DNA of 64,000 nucleotides from Clostridia bacterium (GCA_030524345.1 JAUNGP010000002.1:30514-94513); one strand, 5' to 3'; positions 10,607 through 20,783 are shown, numbered from the stretch's first letter. The notes: generated by a model from the letters alone, not told the origin. A program made the numbers and translations.

Positions 10607-10653
10607 TGTAACGTTACACTAACGATTATATGATCTCTATCTACAAATGTCAA
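10607..10653 (-). promoter_or_regulatory. Consensus sigma-A promoter of the sortase-TED operon with a palindromic operator at +1
   Basis: Minus strand TTGACA (10648-10653), 17 bp, TATAAT (10625-10630); perfect palindrome TGTAACGTTACA at 10607-10618. Confidence 0.75.
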
Positions 10654-10713
10654 GAAAAATCGATCGCAAGTTTTGACAAAAAAATAAGCTAAACTCTACA
10701 TTTAACTTATTTT

Positions 10714-11145
10714 TTATTCTCCACTTGTTTTAATAATATCCTTAATAGATGAGTAATATTTTTCATCCTCCTCTAAAAATATATCATCTCCTACTAGCAT
10801 ATATGCTCTCAGCAAATACTCTTTTGCATTTTCTTCATCTTTTGTTTCCACTAATGTTTCACCAAGTCTTAATAAAACATATGGATTGGTTGTACCATTT
10901 GGACAATTCATTGCATCATAATAGGAATCTCTTGCTTTCTCAAAATCTTTTAATGATAAATAGATATCTCCTAATGCCACATATATCCAAGTTGCAGCTT
11001 CATAATTGACCTTGGGATTTGGAATTAAATCTAAAGCATTACTATAATTTTCATATGCAAGCTCTGTTTTACCATCTTCTAGTAACATATCTCCCTGCCT
11101 ACAATACTCGGTTATCTTTGAGTAAGCCTCCTCGCTGATTTCCAT
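10714..11145 (-). CDS. Tetratricopeptide repeat protein
   Basis: TPR-like helices (WIYVALGDIY...KARDSY, LRLGETL...AKEYLLRAYM). Confidence 0.8.
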   Translation of the reverse strand: MEISEEAYSKITEYCRQGDMLLEDGKTELAYENYSNALDLIPNPKVNYEAATWIYVALGDIYLSLKDFEKARDSYYDAMNCPNGTTNPYVLLRLGETLVETKDEENAKEYLLRAYMLVGDDIFLEEDEKYYSSIKDIIKTSGE

Positions 11146-11381
11146 ATTTCTATCCTCCTATAAATAAAAAAATAAAACTCGAATGTACCTTTTATTATAA
11201 CATAAAAAAATATTTTTGGAATATGTTTTCTAAAATTTTTGTCATTTTTTATCAAATATATATTTTTTAAAACAAACGTTTCCTAAGAATATGCACAGGC
11301 AATATATCTTCTCACTACTTTTTTAGTATATTATTTTAATTGATTTAAGTTATATAGTATGTTATAATTAAATTCACGGAG

Positions 11382-12488
11382 GTGTTGATTTTGGATAAAA
11401 ATTCAAAATATTACCTAAATATTATGCTAAAGTTTCTCATATTTGCCTTTATTTCATTTATGATTTTTATTGCATACAAAGTAGCAGTATTTTATATTCC
11501 ATTCATAATTGCTTTTATTGTTGCATCTATAGCAGAACCTCTCATAAAATTTTTTATGAACAAATGTAAATTAAACAGAAAATTTTCAAGTGTTCTATCA
11601 CTGTTGCTAATACTTACTTTCATCATAGGATCACTTGTACTGATCATAACGAGTCTAATATCAGAGGCTGTATCGCTTACCAATAATCTTAATACATATA
11701 TTACTGACTTTTATGATTTTGGAATGGATTTATTTAAAGATTTTAGAAGTGGTAAATTTGCAATACCTGAAGAACTACTTTCTATCTCAGACAAATCTTT
11801 TGATGCTATTTTAAATAGTGCTAAAGATATCATCTTGTCAGCATTAAATACCATTGTAGGTACCATTAGTTCTGTTCCAACATTACTTACCAATGGAGTA
11901 ATCACACTTCTTGCTATCATATTTATTTGTTTTGATAGAGACTATGTAAAAAAGATGGTTAAAAAACATGTTCCAGAATCTTGGATCAAAAAAGTAAAAG
12001 AGGTATTTTCGCAAATGTGTAGTGTATCATTTAAGTATATTAAAGCAGAAGCTAAACTTTCTGGTATTTGTTTTCTACTCGTTTTAATTGGACTAAATGT
12101 AATGTCTATGATAGGACTTGATATTAGGTATCCAGTCTTAATGGCAATCCTAATAGGTTTTGTCGATTTGCTACCATTATTTGGAGCAGGTGTCGTTATG
12201 CTTCCATGGGCTGTATATCTATTCTTTAGTGGAAATACAATAGTAGCGATTTGTGTATTTGCTCTTTGGATTGTATGGGCTGTATTAAAACAATTAATTG
12301 AACCACATTTTGTAAGTAAACAGATGGGAATGCATCCTCTATTTACACTACTTGGTATGTATACTGGATTTAAACTATTCGGTGTACTTGGTCTAATATT
12401 TGGTCCTATCGCATTCCTAATACTAAAAAATGTATTTAGTGGATTGTTCTCAAAAGGATTGTTAAAAAGTATATTTGAAAAAGAATAA
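11382..12488 (+). CDS. ytvI: Sporulation integral membrane protein YtvI (AI-2E family)
   Basis: PFIIAFIVASIAEPLI, DLLPLFGAG, QLIEP...GMHPL...GFKLFGVLGLIFGP. Confidence 0.88.
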   Translation: MLILDKNSKYYLNIMLKFLIFAFISFMIFIAYKVAVFYIPFIIAFIVASIAEPLIKFFMNKCKLNRKFSSVLSLLLILTFIIGSLVLIITSLISEAVSLTNNLNTYITDFYDFGMDLFKDFRSGKFAIPEELLSISDKSFDAILNSAKDIILSALNTIVGTISSVPTLLTNGVITLLAIIFICFDRDYVKKMVKKHVPESWIKKVKEVFSQMCSVSFKYIKAEAKLSGICFLLVLIGLNVMSMIGLDIRYPVLMAILIGFVDLLPLFGAGVVMLPWAVYLFFSGNTIVAICVFALWIVWAVLKQLIEPHFVSKQMGMHPLFTLLGMYTGFKLFGVLGLIFGPIAFLILKNVFSGLFSKGLLKSIFEKE

Positions 12489-12708
12489 GTCGATCTGTGA
12501 CGAATTGTCACAGATTTTTTATATTCATATCATTTAATGTGATGCAAATTTAATAAATAGGCTTTTACTTTAACTCCCCTCAATATTTAAATAAAAAAGA
12601 ATGAAGAATAACAAATTTTAAACTGATATAAAATTTATGTTAGTTCTTTTTGGATTTTATGATAATTCTATTAATTTTACTAATACTATAATTATATTGG
12701 AGGACGTT

Positions 12709-14202
12709 ATGAAATCTATTTGGGATAATGATATCAATTTAAATAACAAATTTAAATTATTAAATAAAAATATATCTACACAAGTTTGTATTATCGGTGG
12801 TGGTATCACCGGTATTAGCATTGGTTATGAACTATTCAAAAAGAATGTTGACTTTGTTATATTAGAAAAAGATAAAGTATGTAGTAAAACAACAAATTTT
12901 TCTTCTGCTAAAATCACAAGTCAACATGGAATTATCTATCATGAACTAGCTAAAAAGTATGGAACTAATTTTGCCAAGCAATATCTTGAGGCAAATCAAC
13001 ATGCTATCCAAAATATCAAAGATATTATAGATAAAGAAAATATAAAATGTGATTTTAAGTATGAGGATTCTTATGTTTTTACACAAAATGTTTCTGATGT
13101 AGAGGTTATTAAAAGCGAATACAAGACATTAAATGAAATAAGATTTAATGATGTTGAACTCTTAGATGGACTTGATATTGGAATTAATGTCTGCTGTGCC
13201 ATTAAATTTAAAAATCAGGCAAGTTTTAATCCAGTTAAATATACACTTTCACTTGCTAATATTATCTATAACAAACTAGACAATATTTATAACAATGTTT
13301 GTGTAAATGGTATCAAAGAAAAAGATAATCACTATATCGTATATACAGATAAAGGAACCGTTACTGCTCAATATATTGTTTTTGCTACCCACTATCCAAT
13401 AAAAGATATACCCGGATTTTATTTTCTCAAAATGTATCAAGACACATCCTATATTATTGCGATAGATATTGGTGATAATTCATTTGGTGGAATGTATATT
13501 AACTATGAGGATCCTACTATATCACTTAGATCGCTAGAACAAAATAACAAAACTATTTTGCTAGTAGGTGGAGATAATATTAAGACTGGATTTGCTAACA
13601 CAAAAGATAAATATTCAAAATTAGAAGCACTTGCAAAAAAGCTTTATCCTGATGGTAATATCTTATGCAAGTGGAATACACAAGACTGCATTACACTAGA
13701 TAAGGTACCATATATAGGACGTTTTTCTAAATACATGCCCAATGTACTTGTTGCAACAGGTTTTAATAAATGGGGAATGACTACATCTAATATAGCAGCA
13801 AATATAATTACTGATATTATCTTAAATAAATCTAATCCTTATGAAAAAATATTTAGGGCCACAAGATATAAATTAGCTAAAAATATAAAGGGAGTATATT
13901 ATATAGCAAATCAAACTGTACAATCCATGATAATCAACAAACTGAAAATAAGAAAGGAAAACATAGAGGCTATACCAAACGGAGTTGGTAAAATTATAAA
14001 AGTAAATAACAAAAAAGTAGGTGTTTACAAAGATTTAAACGGAGAGGTATATACTGTTAATCCATATTGTTCTCATCTAAAATGTCTGCTTACTTTCAAT
14101 AACCTTGATAAAACATGGGATTGTCCATGCCACGGATCTAGATTTGATATCTATGGTAAAGTAATAAACTCACCAGCAAGTAAAGAATTAAGGATAAAGT
14201 AG
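12709..14202 (+). CDS. FAD-dependent oxidoreductase with C-terminal Rieske 2Fe-2S domain (YhfW-like)
   Basis: GGAGG RBS before ATG 12709; GGGITG, TGFNKWGMT, CSHLKC...WDCPCHGSRF. Confidence 0.9.
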   Translation: MKSIWDNDINLNNKFKLLNKNISTQVCIIGGGITGISIGYELFKKNVDFVILEKDKVCSKTTNFSSAKITSQHGIIYHELAKKYGTNFAKQYLEANQHAIQNIKDIIDKENIKCDFKYEDSYVFTQNVSDVEVIKSEYKTLNEIRFNDVELLDGLDIGINVCCAIKFKNQASFNPVKYTLSLANIIYNKLDNIYNNVCVNGIKEKDNHYIVYTDKGTVTAQYIVFATHYPIKDIPGFYFLKMYQDTSYIIAIDIGDNSFGGMYINYEDPTISLRSLEQNNKTILLVGGDNIKTGFANTKDKYSKLEALAKKLYPDGNILCKWNTQDCITLDKVPYIGRFSKYMPNVLVATGFNKWGMTTSNIAANIITDIILNKSNPYEKIFRATRYKLAKNIKGVYYIANQTVQSMIINKLKIRKENIEAIPNGVGKIIKVNNKKVGVYKDLNGEVYTVNPYCSHLKCLLTFNNLDKTWDCPCHGSRFDIYGKVINSPASKELRIK

Positions 14203-14340
14203 AACTTTTGGGTATAAGAGTAGACTTTCGATTTGATGTAGAACGTTTTAAAGTGATGAAAGATACTGAATTTCAAGCAAAACTCATATTTTACTTTTAA
14301 GTAGAATATGGATAAAATAGGTATTAATTTTAGAAATTCA

Positions 14341-14358
14341 TCCCCACTTTTTTCCCCA
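14341..14358 (+). repeat. Tandem TCCCCA repeat, putative integrase arm-type site (left end)
   Basis: TCCCCA-CTTTTT-TCCCCA; the same motif pair occurs at the right end. Confidence 0.5.
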
Positions 14359-14385
14359 TTAACATAAATAATAAGGAACAAAATT

Positions 14386-14654
14386 ATGGATAAAAATATA
14401 CTTAAAGATTGGTACGAATTTAGCCAAGAGCATGCACAAAAGTTAACACAAGAAGATAAGAAATATTTAATTAATTCAGATATTTATGCAGAAAACATTC
14501 TTAAAAATATTTCCAAAAATAATAGAAAATATGTACAAAAACAATTTAATAATATAGCTGATAATCTAATGGTTACATCAGTTACCAGAATGAGAAGAAT
14601 TATTTAGATGGATTTAGGGAGGCTATTATTATGGTAATAAAATGCTTTATTTAA
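14386..14654 (+). pseudogene. Frameshifted small hypothetical gene of the island
   Basis: ORF MDKNILKDWYEF... appears to continue in another frame as GYISYQNEKNYLDGFREAIIMVIKCFI* (stop 14654). Confidence 0.55.
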
Positions 14655-14683
14655 ACAAGCATGGCTAATATAGTATTACTGCC

Positions 14684-15728
14684 CAGGCCATTGACAACCC
14701 CCAGATTTATTTCTGGGGGTGTCTATATTTTTGAAAAAGTCACAAAAGCTAAGTTACCAAAAATATTCTTTATAGAAGAGTTTGGTGCCATCAATTGTGT
14801 ACTTTTTCTTATCTTTTGTTATCTTATTTACTATATTTTTTCATATTTTGAGCAGTACAAATCAGCCATGTATAATTTTGATTTTTTCTATTCCTTTATA
14901 CATAGCATATCTATATCTATGATTTTGTTTACTATCTGCCTTTAACTTTTTTCTCCTCAATTTCATCTTTGTATTCAAACTCTTTTTTACCTTGCTTTTT
15001 ACGTTCTTCATTTATTTCTCCTTCCAACCACCTTTTCCTTTCGTGAACTACTTACTATATTTCTTCATAGAATTTGTTCTTATTTGCATTTGCTTTTTTA
15101 TGAGTTGAACCAATAAAGAATGTTTCTCCTTTTACTAAGTTATATTTAATTGCTTGCTCAACCATATTTACAAATATCTTTTCAAAAATATCAGTTTCCT
15201 TAAACCTTCTAATGTAGTTCTGGCTAAATGTTAAATAGTGAGGAGTATCATATCCAAATGAAATACCTAAAAACCACCTGTATTCTGATCAACCTTGATT
15301 TTCTCACAAGTTTTTCTCATTAATTTTAATCTATCAAGAACTTAGATAAATAGTAATTTAAACAATACAACAGGTGCAATACTTGGACGACCATTGTCTT
15401 CACAATACAAATCTTTTACCTCATCATATATGAGGCCAAAATCAATATATTTATCTATTATTCTAAACAAGCTACCTTTTGGAACTAGGTCTTCCATTGC
15501 TTTTAATATGAATTTATTTTGAACATCTTCTTTTTTACTTAACATATCTCTTACCTCCAATTACAACCAACTAAATTATATCATTAAAAAAGAAAAAAAT
15601 TCGGTTATTTCTAAGAAAAAACTACATTTTTTTATCCATTTTTAGTTATAATTGGACATATATATTTTAACCTAAAAAAACAAAAAAGAAATAGGGCTGG
15701 CAAAAGTTTTTTACTTTGCAACACTCTG
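14684..15728 (-). mobile_element. IS1182-family insertion sequence remnant (fragmented, internally deleted transposase)
   Basis: Fragments MEDLVPKGSLFRIIDKYIDFGLIYDEVKDLYCEDNGRPSIAPVVLFKLLFI and YRWFLG...TFSQNYIRRFKETDIFEKIF...STHKKANANKNK; imperfect terminal IRs CAGGCCATTGACAA (14684) and CAGAGTGTTGCAAA (minus strand from 15728). Confidence 0.85.
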
Positions 15729-15751
15729 AAAATAAATAGTCCTTAAATGGA

Positions 15752-16225
15752 CTATTTATTTTTTATTCTTTTTGTAATAAATATTAGTTGTTTTCTGTAA
15801 GACAATATAAACAAAACTATAAGAGTAATAAAAGTAATTAATGTCATCCATTTATCATGATTTCCCTGAATAATATTATTAATCTCTATAATTATTAATA
15901 CTACAAATGTCGCTATAAAAGTTCTGTATTGATTTCCCTCTCTCACAAGTATTGGAATCTTTTCATCTTTGACTTCCTTATCTATAAAATCTTCATATTT
16001 TTCTTCATCGATAATTTTACACCCCTTTAAAATAGGTTTTATTATAATTGAACCTATTCTGCTTAAAACTAAACCTATAAAATAATACTCAACTATTGCT
16101 ATTCCTGCATTATCATTTAATATATTTATTTCTGTCAAATATGTAAAAATTATTGTAAATATAATTCCAGGTAATAAGTAATTAATTATGTTGTACGTTT
16201 CTATTTTCTTTATAAATTCTTCCAT
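15752..16225 (-). CDS. Four-TM membrane protein of island cassette
   Basis: YNIINYLLPG, YYFIGLVLSRIGS, four hydrophobic segments; GGAG RBS overlapping the upstream gene end. Confidence 0.75.
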   Translation of the reverse strand: MEEFIKKIETYNIINYLLPGIIFTIIFTYLTEINILNDNAGIAIVEYYFIGLVLSRIGSIIIKPILKGCKIIDEEKYEDFIDKEVKDEKIPILVREGNQYRTFIATFVVLIIIEINNIIQGNHDKWMTLITFITLIVLFILSYRKQLIFITKRIKNK

Positions 16226-16228
16226 TAA

Positions 16229-16681
16229 TTAACTCCTTTCAAAAGTATTTTTTAACATTATTTCCATCTTTTCATTTCTGTTTCTATAAAGAATTATTTC
16301 TTCATCAGTAATATTAAAACTAAATCCATAGTTTTCCCCATCATAAAAGTCGATTATTCCACCATTTTTAGGAAGGAATACATTCTTATCTTTTAATAAT
16401 TTTAAACTAGAAAATCTTGGTGTATTACATGAAATAATGACAATGTTATTTTCTTTAATTTTCTTATAATTGGCTCGTATATATTCATCTGTTCTTCTAT
16501 CGTGTCCTACTATCATAAATAGGTCAATTGCATCTTCAGGTATGGTATTTAAAATTGTAATATCTTTATTAGAATTTACGCTATCTACTAGAGTATATAT
16601 ATGAAACGAATCATATATATACTCCATTCTTGCTTTTATTTCTGCATTACTTACATTGCTTTTTGTTATTATATATTTCAC
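16229..16681 (-). CDS. Hypothetical protein with possible His-Cys (clan CD-like) peptidase dyad
   Basis: LFMIVGH...IVIISC; overlaps the MBL gene by 35 bp. Confidence 0.65.
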   Translation of the reverse strand: MKYIITKSNVSNAEIKARMEYIYDSFHIYTLVDSVNSNKDITILNTIPEDAIDLFMIVGHDRRTDEYIRANYKKIKENNIVIISCNTPRFSSLKLLKDKNVFLPKNGGIIDFYDGENYGFSFNITDEEIILYRNRNEKMEIMLKNTFERS

Positions 16682-17540
16682 TTAGATTTCCTCTACTTTC
16701 TCTATTTCTAGTTATAAAATGATAGTCTAGTGAAATCATTCCAGAATTTTTAGTATTTCTCACATCATATCCTTTGGTTTCTAAATCATCTGATCCCCCA
16801 TTAGAATTACCTGTATTATCTGAAACAATATAAACTTCATCTGTTGTGTTTTTCAATTCTTTCATTATTGCTTCACCTGTATCTTTTTTCCCATGGTGTG
16901 GAAGTTGAATAACTTTAAAATCTTTTACATTCTCTTGCATTACTGATTCAAAAGTTGAATCCCCTGTCAAAAGAACTTTCTTATCCAATATTTTTACACT
17001 TAAATGTATGCTAGTAGCATTTGTAATTGTTTCACCATCTATATGATCACATTCTGTCGTATCCAAACCTTTAGCCGCAGTATTTAATATGTAATCTTTT
17101 CCTGGCCCAGATACAGTAATGCCTTCTGCTATTTCAGCATATTCAAACGCATCTTGTAAATTATTACCTGAAAGCTGATAAATGTTATCATAAAATTCAG
17201 TTATTTGTCTTTTTATAGATTCTCTGTTTTTTCTTCCATCATCTATAATATCAATTAATTCATCTACATATTTTAATAGCAATACCGTTGTTATCTCTGA
17301 AACTTTATCATTTTCTACCAACGTTGGTATGCCCTTAAAATGATCATCATCATTATGAGATAAAACAACTTTAACTTTTTGATATTTATTTTCTTTCATA
17401 TACTCCATTACATATTGTGCATATTCTTCACACCCACAATCATATAAAACTAATTCCTGCCCATTATCTAAAATAAAGCAATCTCCATTGTTTGCATCTT
17501 TATTTTCACATTGTTGTGAACTTAATACTTTAATTTTCAT
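16647..17540 (-). CDS. MBL-fold metallo-hydrolase (ComEC/Rec2-like, cytoplasmic)
   Basis: GDCF...YDCG, SHNDDDH, NATSI, LTGD, LPHHG; no signal peptide or TM. Confidence 0.88.
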   Translation of the reverse strand: MKIKVLSSQQCENKDANNGDCFILDNGQELVLYDCGCEEYAQYVMEYMKENKYQKVKVVLSHNDDDHFKGIPTLVENDKVSEITTVLLLKYVDELIDIIDDGRKNRESIKRQITEFYDNIYQLSGNNLQDAFEYAEIAEGITVSGPGKDYILNTAAKGLDTTECDHIDGETITNATSIHLSVKILDKKVLLTGDSTFESVMQENVKDFKVIQLPHHGKKDTGEAIMKELKNTTDEVYIVSDNTGNSNGGSDDLETKGYDVRNTKNSGMISLDYHFITRNRESRGNLSEIYNNKKQCK

Positions 17541-17595
17541 ATTATTTCTCCTTGTAAATTAATCATCAAAAGCAAGACCTTTATAGGCCTTGCTC

Positions 17596-17826
17596 TTATT
17601 TTTTATCCCTTGGTGGGCATGGATCACTGCCATATGAGTTCTTATTTTGAATTCTACCGTTAAGTCCATGAATAATATGTTCTGAATTGTTTTGTATTGC
17701 TTTTTCTCTTCCTACTGCTTGTGCTTTTGCTTTTGTGTCATAGTATCCTAATGTTCTATTTGAATTTTCATATCTATTTGTCCAACCATTTTTACTATGC
17801 ACAGTATGAACATTTCTATTTGGCAT
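17596..17826 (-). CDS. DUF2188 family small protein
   Basis: HTVH...GW...TKAKAQAVGREKA...IHGLNGRIQNKNSYGSDPCPPRD; GGAGG RBS before ATG 17826. Confidence 0.85.
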   Translation of the reverse strand: MPNRNVHTVHSKNGWTNRYENSNRTLGYYDTKAKAQAVGREKAIQNNSEHIIHGLNGRIQNKNSYGSDPCPPRDKK

Positions 17827-17862
17827 CTTTGTCACCTCCTATAATATTTTTTGTATAAAAGC

Positions 17863-17972
17863 TTGCAATGCCAAATTAAAAATGTTATAATTTGTTTATC
17901 CAATTTAAAATTAAGCTGCAAGTATATACCAGTTTAGTTTTTAGAGCTAGCCGCAAACTATGCTCTTTTTTA
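17863..17972 (+). ncRNA. Candidate ~75-nt sRNA antisense to the DUF2188-MBL operon leader
   Basis: TTGCAA-17-TATAAT promoter with extended TG (17863-17891), no ORF, terminator AGAGCTAG/CTATGCTCT followed by a T-run (17943-17971). Confidence 0.5.
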
Positions 17973-18071
17973 TTGACATTTAACAATTTATGTTGTAAAA
18001 TGTTATCAGTAAACAATTTTTGTTTATTTATCTTACAACAATAATATACAATATTTTTCATAAGTTGTCAA
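17973..18071. promoter_or_regulatory. Face-to-face sigma-A promoters with central inverted repeat
   Basis: Plus TTGACA-17-TAAAAT (17973-18001); minus TTGACA-17-TATATT (18071-18043); IR TGTTGTAA/TTACAACA (17991-18040). Confidence 0.65.
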
Positions 18072-18107
18072 TATTTATTTTTAAATATCTTTTGATAACA
18101 GAAGGAG

Positions 18108-19277
18108 TTGCTTATGGAAGCCTTGATTTCATTTGATTTTGCTAAAATGAAAGAATATATAAAAATTGGAAATAAAAGCAACGAATTAAGCATTTGTTCG
18201 TCTTTTATAGATGTTTTATCATTGGATACCGACTATATAGAAAATGAAATTATAAAGAAAACAAATTTTAATGATATGAATGATGTAAAAAAGGCTTATA
18301 AAAAAGCTTATAAAATGCAACCTCTCTTATTTATAGATGAATTCAATTTGATAAATCATTTAGATAATTTTAGTAATCCACAAAAAACAATACAAGATTA
18401 TAATCATTCTATATCTCAATTGTCAAAATTAATAGAAGATCAGAAAGAAATTGATGCTAATAGTACTATTCTTAATGAATTAAACGATAATTTGAAATTT
18501 TTAAAACAAAAAAGAAAGAATTACATAAAAATAACCAAAAATTTATCCAAATATGTTAACACTATTTTTTCTGTAATACTTAATAGAATAGATTTATATA
18601 GAAATCTTGTTCAAATTTGCTATTTAAATAATGTTGATGCTTTTTTTAAAGGATTTTCTCAATTATCTCCTTTAAATAAATTTATATTTTACAACAAATT
18701 TGAACATTCTAAAAACAACCTATTCAATAATTTACCATCTAGCAATATAAATTTTACTTTTTCTTTTTCTTCAAATGAATCTCGTGAAGATTTTAAAAAG
18801 AAAGCAGAAAATAATCCAGAAAAAGCATTAAAACTACTATTTGAGGAGAATATTTCTACTATATATGAATATAATTGTAAAAATTTTGAGCAATTTTTGC
18901 AAATATCTTTTTTTACTTGTTTAACTAAAAATTTTAATATTAAAAAATGTGAAAATTGTGGTAAATATTTTATTGCATATCAAAGAAGCGATGAAAAATA
19001 TTGTAATAGAAATAGTCCTCAAGATAAAAATAAAACATGTAAACAATATACAAATTTTGAAAACTGGAAAAATAATATTAATTCAAACGAAGAACTAAAA
19101 ACATATAGAAGAATATACATGGCAAAACAGATGCAAACTCGCCGTAATCCTGATAATCTTGATTTAAAAAATAACTTTGAAATGTGGAAAAAAGAGGCAC
19201 AAAAAATTAGAAATGAATACATACATGGGCATCTAAATAAAAAAGATTTTTTAGATTGGCTTAATACAAATTCTTAA
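18108..19277 (+). CDS. DUF6076-like protein with C-terminal Cys4 zinc-binding motif
   Basis: IKKCENCGKYFI...EKYCNR...TCKQ...YRRIY; typical of integrative-element cargo. Confidence 0.7.
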   Translation: MLMEALISFDFAKMKEYIKIGNKSNELSICSSFIDVLSLDTDYIENEIIKKTNFNDMNDVKKAYKKAYKMQPLLFIDEFNLINHLDNFSNPQKTIQDYNHSISQLSKLIEDQKEIDANSTILNELNDNLKFLKQKRKNYIKITKNLSKYVNTIFSVILNRIDLYRNLVQICYLNNVDAFFKGFSQLSPLNKFIFYNKFEHSKNNLFNNLPSSNINFTFSFSSNESREDFKKKAENNPEKALKLLFEENISTIYEYNCKNFEQFLQISFFTCLTKNFNIKKCENCGKYFIAYQRSDEKYCNRNSPQDKNKTCKQYTNFENWKNNINSNEELKTYRRIYMAKQMQTRRNPDNLDLKNNFEMWKKEAQKIRNEYIHGHLNKKDFLDWLNTNS

Positions 19278-19488
19278 ACATTCTATAAAAAATAGAATGT
19301 TTTTTATTACACTTTATCTATTTTTTATTGTTCCATATTAGTTCTTTTATGAATTTCATTGTAATCTTTATAACACATGAAAAATAAACAAAATCCACTG
19401 GTAATCATCAAAATTTAGATGTATAATTATCACAATTAAATATAAAACTCTCACCCACGATTATGCTTGAAAGAAGGTGAAAAAGGCA

Positions 19489-20660
19489 ATGGCTAGGAAT
19501 ATTGAAAAAAGAGATGAAAATACTTACGGGTTAATAGTCTCAACTGGTAAAAATCTTGACAGATCTAGAACAAGAAGAACAAAAACTATTCATGAAACTC
19601 GTAAAGATGCAGAAATTTCACTTGCTGAATTTGTTACAGAAGCTAATCATGGACTTGTACCTGAAGGAAGACCAGTAACTTTTGAAGAGTTCTATCATAT
19701 TTGGCAAGTAAATTATGGACAAAAAGACTTAGCACCATCAACTTATAGCAGATATGTTAGAAAGTAGAATTCTTCCATGCTTAGTTTTTTTACTTTAGAA
19801 AAAATTAAACCTACAGATCTTATGAAATTATATGATATGTTAGAACAGAATACACAAATAAGAAGACTTGCTAAAAGCAATGATGAGCATACTTTAAAAG
19901 CATTATCTAGGAAAACTATTCTAGAACATCATAGATTAATAAATGCAATGTTACACAAAACTATATATTGGCAACTAATACTTTTTAATCCTACAGATAG
20001 AGTACAACCACCTAGAGCACCGAAAGCAAAATGTAAATTTTATGATGATGAACAATGTAAAGTTCTATTAAAAGGTTTAAATGAATTAGGAGAAAGAAAA
20101 ACAGAATATAAAGTTGCTATTATTCTTACAGTATTTACTGGTGTTAAATTAGGTGAATTAATAGGACTTAACTGGGAAAATGTAGATTTAAAGAATAAAG
20201 AGATTGTAATAAATAAATCTAATCAATATTTAGCTAGTAAGATAATTATACAAATTTACCAAAAACAACTAGTTCTTATAGACATATCTCAATACCTGAT
20301 TCTGTTGTTGAAATACTTGAGGAATATAAGTGTATGGTATGATAATCAAAAAGAGCTTTGTGGGGAATTCCGGAACGATTCCGATAGGTTATTTATTCAA
20401 GATAATGGCAAACCTATGCATCCTGATACAGTAAGTAAATGGTTTGGAAAGTTTATTAAAAAAATTGGACTACCTGTAATTAATTTTCATGCTATTAGAC
20501 ATACAAATACTACTCTTCTTATTTCACAAAATGTTGATGTAGCAGTTGTAGCTGCAATATTTAGACATGATCAAATTAGTACAACATTTAACTTTTATGT
20601 CCTTCCCACAATAGAAATGCAGGAATTGCCTTGAAAAATTTATTAGTCGATAAAAACTAA
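19489..20660 (+). pseudogene. int: Tyrosine recombinase/integrase (ICE/phage type), disrupted
   Basis: Split into 19477-19767 and 19777-20634; arm-binding N-terminus, LAPSTY; catalytic Arg region reads TGVKLGEL (R>K); FHAIRHT; LGH>FRH; apparent internal frameshifts. Confidence 0.88.
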
Positions 20661-20764
20661 TATACTTATCAGCTAAAACTCTCGATTTTCAACAAATTCA
20701 AAAATTGCTTTTTTAAGATTATAAATGAGGATTTATGCTATTTTATGAGCTTTATAAAAGCTTT

Positions 20765-20783
20765 TGTCCCCAATCTGTCCCCA
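20765..20783 (+). repeat. Tandem TGTCCCCA repeat, putative integrase arm-type site (right end)
   Basis: TGTCCCCA-ATC-TGTCCCCA downstream of int. Confidence 0.6.

Noticed and set aside
11492-12511. Antisense ORFs over ytvI (and similar ones over adhE, AIM24, ABC permease, tyrS, adhesin)
   Set aside because: Shadow ORFs on the opposite strand of well-supported genes, with no RBS or motifs
14661-14945. 94-aa plus-strand ORF
   Set aside because: Antisense to the IS1182 remnant and spans its terminal IR and hairpin
17937-17970. GTTTTTAGAGCTAG...CTATGCTCTTTT resembles the type II-A CRISPR repeat/sgRNA start
   Set aside because: Single copy, no array or cas genes in the window; explained by a terminator hairpin
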